Source: a virus (lineage: Duplodnaviria; Caudoviricetes). From it: 61,467 bases of DNA. The translations under genes were made by a program, and so were the position numbers. The stretch is taken from the IMG/VR virus record IMGVR_UViG_3300010148_005374, positions 1 to 61,467 of that record; one strand, given 5' to 3'. The notes under the pieces are model-generated. The model was not told the origin of the DNA. It did no database searches and saw only the letters and a program-made list of their open reading frames with translations. Below are positions 57,469 through 61,467 of the stretch, piece after piece (positions within the stretch are counted from its first letter, which is position 1; every line of letters begins with the position of its first letter).

Positions 57469-58730
57469 AATTCAATACACTCCCACGCTTGATAATTTTT
57501 TCTGTTACCCCAGGATCCGTTCTCCTCATGAACCCTAAGCATTATGTCTACCCACTGTTTGTTAAACTTTTCAAAGCTGTAATTATTACGAACATATTCT
57601 GCTCCTAAAATGCCAAGCTTATCCCGTTCCTCTTTGGATAGGTCAAACATTTTTTTCAGGGCGGCCACGAAAACCTCTTCGTTAATTCTATCTTCAAAGA
57701 TATATGGTACTTGTTGTGAACCAATCACTGCCCTAGAGGTTGGCTCAATTCCAACCCCAAATTCAATCTCGCCATCTGTTACCTGCTCTTGTAGTCCACC
57801 AGTTTTAGTAAGTACAACCGGAGTGCCGCACGATAATGACTCTAAAGTCGCAAGCCCAAAACCCTCTGCATCAGCAATATTAATTGTGATGTCTGCTAAG
57901 TTATAATAGACAGCTAAGTGATCCGGGCTTACCTTATCTTTTGAAAAGGTTATTTGTCCCGAAGTAAGCCCTAATTCATGGGCTAAGAATTCTAAAGGTT
58001 GTCCATTTACATCCACAGTATCAGTGTGCATTATAAGAGTTGCCTTGTCGTGACCAACTACATCACAAAAAGCTTTCCACCACCAAACAACTGATCCACT
58101 CATCTTTCTTCTGGCATTTCTATTATTCCAAAAGGCAACGAACTTTCCTTCAAGATTATTATCTTTTCTTATTTTATTCAAAGTAGAAATTTCTGTAGGC
58201 GTTGTGTGCTTCCGAAAAACAATAGGATTCACAGCGTGAGGCACATATTCCTCTACCACTTCCGGTGCAACTTTTTGAACGATGTCTGAAGTTACCTTTG
58301 ATATTGTAGCAATAAAATCATTAGACAAATAAAATGGCTTGTTATATTTAGGAAGTGGATAATTATCCCAAACGTGATAATACACCATTGGGACAACGGC
58401 CCTAATCTCATCTTCAAAAGACCACAACCATTCATAAAATCTAGGATCTGTCATAAACCACAGAATATCTGGCTTGTGACTAGTAATAGTATTTCTGATA
58501 ATCTCTTGGTTGCCGTACCCATCAACTGGATGAATAATCCAATCATCTCCATACTCTTCTGTTCTGGTAGGTTCATAACTAGGGTGCTTAATAGCACCAC
58601 CCAAGGAAATTACCTGAAATTTACCAGTGCTAAGAAGTGCCTGGATAACATATTTTGTTTGTGTTCCAACTCCAGATGGTAATAGTGGATGATCACTAAT
58701 TGTTAGAACCTTTATTTTCTTCTCGGACAA
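57465..58730 (-). CDS. Glycosyltransferase family 4 (GT-B)
   Basis: SDHP..PSGVG, NRNARRK, AEGFGLATLESLSCGTPV..T.TGGL.EQV. TTG start at 58730 behind SD GGAGG. Confidence 0.85.
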   Translation of the reverse strand: MSEKKIKVLTISDHPLLPSGVGTQTKYVIQALLSTGKFQVISLGGAIKHPSYEPTRTEEYGDDWIIHPVDGYGNQEIIRNTITSHKPDILWFMTDPRFYEWLWSFEDEIRAVVPMVYYHVWDNYPLPKYNKPFYLSNDFIATISKVTSDIVQKVAPEVVEEYVPHAVNPIVFRKHTTPTEISTLNKIRKDNNLEGKFVAFWNNRNARRKMSGSVVWWWKAFCDVVGHDKATLIMHTDTVDVNGQPLEFLAHELGLTSGQITFSKDKVSPDHLAVYYNLADITINIADAEGFGLATLESLSCGTPVVLTKTGGLQEQVTDGEIEFGVGIEPTSRAVIGSQQVPYIFEDRINEEVFVAALKKMFDLSKEERDKLGILGAEYVRNNYSFEKFNKQWVDIMLRVHEENGSWGNRKNYQAWECIEL

Positions 58731-58741
58731 AATTTTACCTC

Positions 58742-59581
58742 CTATGTGCAATATTCCGTCTGGTAAAACTCGCAAATGCCGAAACGGTCTTTACAGTTTG
58801 TACAAGCAGTACGGTTCTTGATATAATTCTGTTTGTTAATATTATGCAACGCTTTTGTTAAGGCGTTAAGTGCATCTGTTGTTCTTTTTTTCGCTGCGGT
58901 CACTCGCACAAACTCGGCCTTCTTGCCTGGCTTTGCAGTGCGCTTTAGTAATACAAAGTGACAATCCACATCTTTTGGGTCAACTTCATATTTGCGAGCA
59001 TAAAAATGTTTATAAAATACAAGCTGATAAGCCATAATCTTATCGCTTTTCTTTTCACGACGCCAGCCCCAGGAGCAGGTCTTCCAATCAATTAGGTGAA
59101 CTTTCTCATCCCTCTTGGAATAGACCACAAGGTCGATAAAACCTTTGAAGTTTTTTTCAACTTCCGTAAATTCAGTAATGGGCACATAAAGCTGCTCTTC
59201 TGCCCTGAGAACTTCCCAGTCTTCACCGAGCTTACCGAACTTGTCTACTAGACAGCGATAAAGGTCAGGAATAATATCGAGACCATTTACAAGCCACTCT
59301 TTGAGTTTGAAATTGGCTTTGGCATCGTGCTGCGCTGCTTCAGGTAGAGCCTTCAGTTCTTTCAGGAACTGGTCTTTAACTAACGCCTCGATGGCACCAG
59401 CATCTCTGTATTTTTCGGGAGAGGTCAAAGTATATTCACAAACAGTATGAATAGCCTTCCCAAAAGCAGTATAAATATTGCCCTCAAACTGAGCAACTTT
59501 ATCAATGTAAGTAAGTTTATGATAGTGTGGACAAATGTGCCAGTTCCGCCACTCGGAATAGGAAATATGTTTTCCGGCCAA
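58742..59581 (-). CDS. PD-(D/E)XK Cas4/RecB-like exonuclease with Fe-S cysteines
   Basis: ISYS...CP, FGKAIH, E...GFIDL..IDWKT, QLVFY, C-terminal C..C...CEF...C. Confidence 0.85.
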   Translation of the reverse strand: MAGKHISYSEWRNWHICPHYHKLTYIDKVAQFEGNIYTAFGKAIHTVCEYTLTSPEKYRDAGAIEALVKDQFLKELKALPEAAQHDAKANFKLKEWLVNGLDIIPDLYRCLVDKFGKLGEDWEVLRAEEQLYVPITEFTEVEKNFKGFIDLVVYSKRDEKVHLIDWKTCSWGWRREKKSDKIMAYQLVFYKHFYARKYEVDPKDVDCHFVLLKRTAKPGKKAEFVRVTAAKKRTTDALNALTKALHNINKQNYIKNRTACTNCKDRFGICEFYQTEYCT

Positions 59582-59598
59582 TGTAACCTTCTTTCTTA

Positions 59599-60270
59599 CT
59601 ATTTTAGCTTGTTATTTAAGAGATCAATTTTCTTATACAATTCAGGACTAAGATTAAAGAGCAAATCTTTATCCTCTGTATTTAAATAGTATGCCTCAAA
59701 ACCAGTGGCAAAATATTCTCTAACTGAGACCGATGCGTATGGCCTAACAAATATTCCACTAGTTGTCATTTTCAACATTCTCTGTCCAACACGGTTGTAC
59801 AAGAATTTGTCTAAATCGTCAGAGAATTTTATCTGTGTAAAATCGTAGTCAGAGGTCCAATAGCCTTCGCTACGCAATTCAAACTCTAATTGTTTTCTCT
59901 TTTTGACAAACTCTCTTTGAACCAAACCATCACCGTATATTTCCTCAGGGAACTTTTCTTCTACATGGTGAGCTATTTCGTGAACAATATCGTCCAGAAG
60001 GTCTGGTGCATCATCTTGTTGATTTGTAATAAAAAGGGTGTCGTCTCTATAGATAGCGTTAATACCACGATCTCTAAATTCTTGGCGGTCGCCGATAACT
60101 ATCTTCTCAAGATCTGAATAACAAACCCTGGGTATGCGATCTTCTATTGCTCTCAAAACAGTCTTAATATTAATATCACTAGGAAGATCCTCATCAAAAA
60201 TAACATCAACTCCTTTAAAGTTGAAATCTTTGTATGATTCATTTAATCTTTGTTTGATGTAATCTCTCAC
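59599..60270 (-). CDS. Hypothetical protein with an HExxH zinc-metallopeptidase-like motif
   Basis: IVHEIAHHVE and a distal REYFATGF. Confidence 0.55.
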   Translation of the reverse strand: MRDYIKQRLNESYKDFNFKGVDVIFDEDLPSDINIKTVLRAIEDRIPRVCYSDLEKIVIGDRQEFRDRGINAIYRDDTLFITNQQDDAPDLLDDIVHEIAHHVEEKFPEEIYGDGLVQREFVKKRKQLEFELRSEGYWTSDYDFTQIKFSDDLDKFLYNRVGQRMLKMTTSGIFVRPYASVSVREYFATGFEAYYLNTEDKDLLFNLSPELYKKIDLLNNKLK

Positions 60271-61467
60271 AGTATCTCCGAAGCTAGTGTAGCTAATTTG
60301 GATCTCTCTCCCTTTAACAGAGAGACATGTCCTGAAATATCATATTGTTTAAATTTCTCAACAGCATAGGTAAGTCCGTTGGAAACAGCATCAACATATG
60401 AGTTATCAATCTGCTGAACATCGCCAGTCAAAATTAATTTTGTACCGTGTCCAACTCTTGTTATTATAGTCTTAAGTTCGTGAGGAGTTAAGTTTTGTGC
60501 TTCATCAACTATCATAAAAGCATTAGCTATTGATCGTCCTCGAATATATGTCATAGCTTCAATTTCGATTACGCCCTGATCTAAGTGCATATCTAAAGCA
60601 GCCCGATCACCAAACAAATGTTCCAAATTATCTCTAATTGGCGCTATCCAAGGCATCATTTTCTCCTCAAGGGTTCCTGGTAAAAATCCTATATCTCTAC
60701 CCATAGGTTGCACGGGCCTGGTGATAATCAACTTATCATACCCTCCTTGAGATTTTGTACTACTTAACACTTGTTCTAACCCACAAGCAGTGGCTATTAA
60801 TGTTTTACCAGTTCCTGCTTGACCTGTCAAGGAAACAATGTCAATTTCTTTGTCAAAAAGAAGATCCATGGCAAATTGTTGCTCTTTGTTTCTGGCGGAC
60901 AAACCCCATATATCCTTATAGGTAAAGACTCTCTTGAGGGGTAAATCCTGCCCAAGATACCTAGCTATGGCAGATTTATTATTAGCGTCTTTCATAACCA
61001 GAAAGTGATTTGGATAAAGCCTCTTGGTTACTTCTTCAGTTAGAAATATATCTTCGTTTGCATAGAATTTATCAATACAATCGTCCTCTACTTCTATTGT
61101 TTCTGAACCATCATATAATTTTTCTACAGACCTAATAATTTTCTGTGGCTGATAATCGTGACACTCTAAACCAAAAGCATCGCACTTAACTCTCATATTC
61201 AAATCACGAGAGATGACAGCTACATCTCGGCCCTCTAATTTTATCTTGAGGGCTATAGCTATGATTTTATTATCGCTATCGTCGAGCGCCATTCCTGCTG
61301 GCATATACCTTGGATCATATTGGGCTGCAAACACTTTACCCTTGCCTCTACCAAGATTAACGCCCTCAAACAAACTTCCTTTTCTTCGTAAGCTATCCAA
61401 AATTCTGTTCATCATTCTAGCATTATAACCGGCAGTATCTTGACGGTGTTTGTGTTTGTCAATCTCA
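60267..61467 (-). CDS. phoH: PIN-PhoH (PhoH2-type) ATPase, 5' end outside the window
   Basis: The frame stays open to the window edge (EIDKHKHRQDTAGYNAR...). PIN motifs DNKI and SRDLNMRVK; then GQAGTGKT, GFLPG..EEKM, YIRGRS, DEAQN, GD..QID. Confidence 0.9.
   Translation of the reverse strand, partial: EIDKHKHRQDTAGYNARMMNRILDSLRRKGSLFEGVNLGRGKGKVFAAQYDPRYMPAGMALDDSDNKIIAIALKIKLEGRDVAVISRDLNMRVKCDAFGLECHDYQPQKIIRSVEKLYDGSETIEVEDDCIDKFYANEDIFLTEEVTKRLYPNHFLVMKDANNKSAIARYLGQDLPLKRVFTYKDIWGLSARNKEQQFAMDLLFDKEIDIVSLTGQAGTGKTLIATACGLEQVLSSTKSQGGYDKLIITRPVQPMGRDIGFLPGTLEEKMMPWIAPIRDNLEHLFGDRAALDMHLDQGVIEIEAMTYIRGRSIANAFMIVDEAQNLTPHELKTIITRVGHGTKLILTGDVQQIDNSYVDAVSNGLTYAVEKFKQYDISGHVSLLKGERSKLATLASEIL

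Noticed and set aside
35084-58730. Cellular O-antigen or capsule locus (bacterial chromosome or chimeric contig)
   Set aside because: There is no wzx/wzy/wzz, ABC exporter or priming transferase. The genes are compact and run continuously by overlaps into phage-type sigma, Cas4-like and PhoH genes on the same strand.
35084-58730. DNA hypermodification as the main role of the glycosyltransferases
   Set aside because: No nucleotide hydroxymethylase, thymidylate-synthase homologue, TET/JBP or nucleotide kinase is in the window, and Maf/GT10-type enzymes point to protein or glycan acceptors. This is disfavoured but not excluded, because such genes could lie elsewhere.
58742-59598. CRISPR-Cas locus around the Cas4-like gene
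   Set aside because: No repeat-spacer array or other cas genes are present, and there is no intergenic space for an array.
2802-61428. Numerous plus-strand ORFs (60-207 aa) and short alternative-frame minus ORFs in the track
   Set aside because: All lie within or across longer minus-strand genes that tile the window, and none shows a recognisable motif. They are treated as shadow ORFs.
1-61467. Stop-codon reassignment, introns, inteins or programmed frameshifts
   Set aside because: Standard-code ORFs tile the window almost completely, and TAA, TAG and TGA all end genes. The split ThDP and HldE genes have their own starts with normal overlaps. No intein or homing-endonuclease motif was recognised.

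Overview
This is a densely coded, AT-rich fragment of a large contractile-tailed (myovirus-like) bacteriophage genome, with every credible gene on the minus strand. It has four parts. (1) 1-33349 is a virion morphogenesis module: T4 gp6-like and gp25-like baseplate wedge proteins, a 3596-aa protein with two LamG-like domains, a 2195-aa LysM-containing protein, a spike-like protein with an HxH tip motif, an M15 peptidoglycan peptidase fusion and several uncharacterised large proteins. (2) 33352-35097 holds a gp55-like sigma factor and small genes. (3) About 35084-58730 is a roughly 24-kb block of 29 genes for nucleotide-sugar synthesis and glycosyl transfer. It includes split HldE heptose enzymes, a GDP-sugar cassette (Gmd, ColD-like, split ThDP enzyme, GT10), a non-canonical nonulosonic-acid cassette (short NeuB, NeuA, Maf-like transferase, class-III aminotransferase), an NDP-glucose cassette (RmlB, E1/RfbH, split transketolase, GT2) and three GT-B enzymes. 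(4) 58742-61467 holds a Cas4-like nuclease, an HExxH protein and a PIN-PhoH. The glycan block has no flippase, polymerase, exporter or priming transferase. A subset of the neighbouring virion proteins is strongly enriched in a [S/T]-[G/A/S]-S tripeptide. My leading hypothesis, which is inference and not shown by the sequence, is a phage-encoded, sequon-directed virion O-glycosylation system that uses rare branched deoxysugars and an unusual nonulosonic acid. All calls come from motif recognition by eye; no database searches were run.
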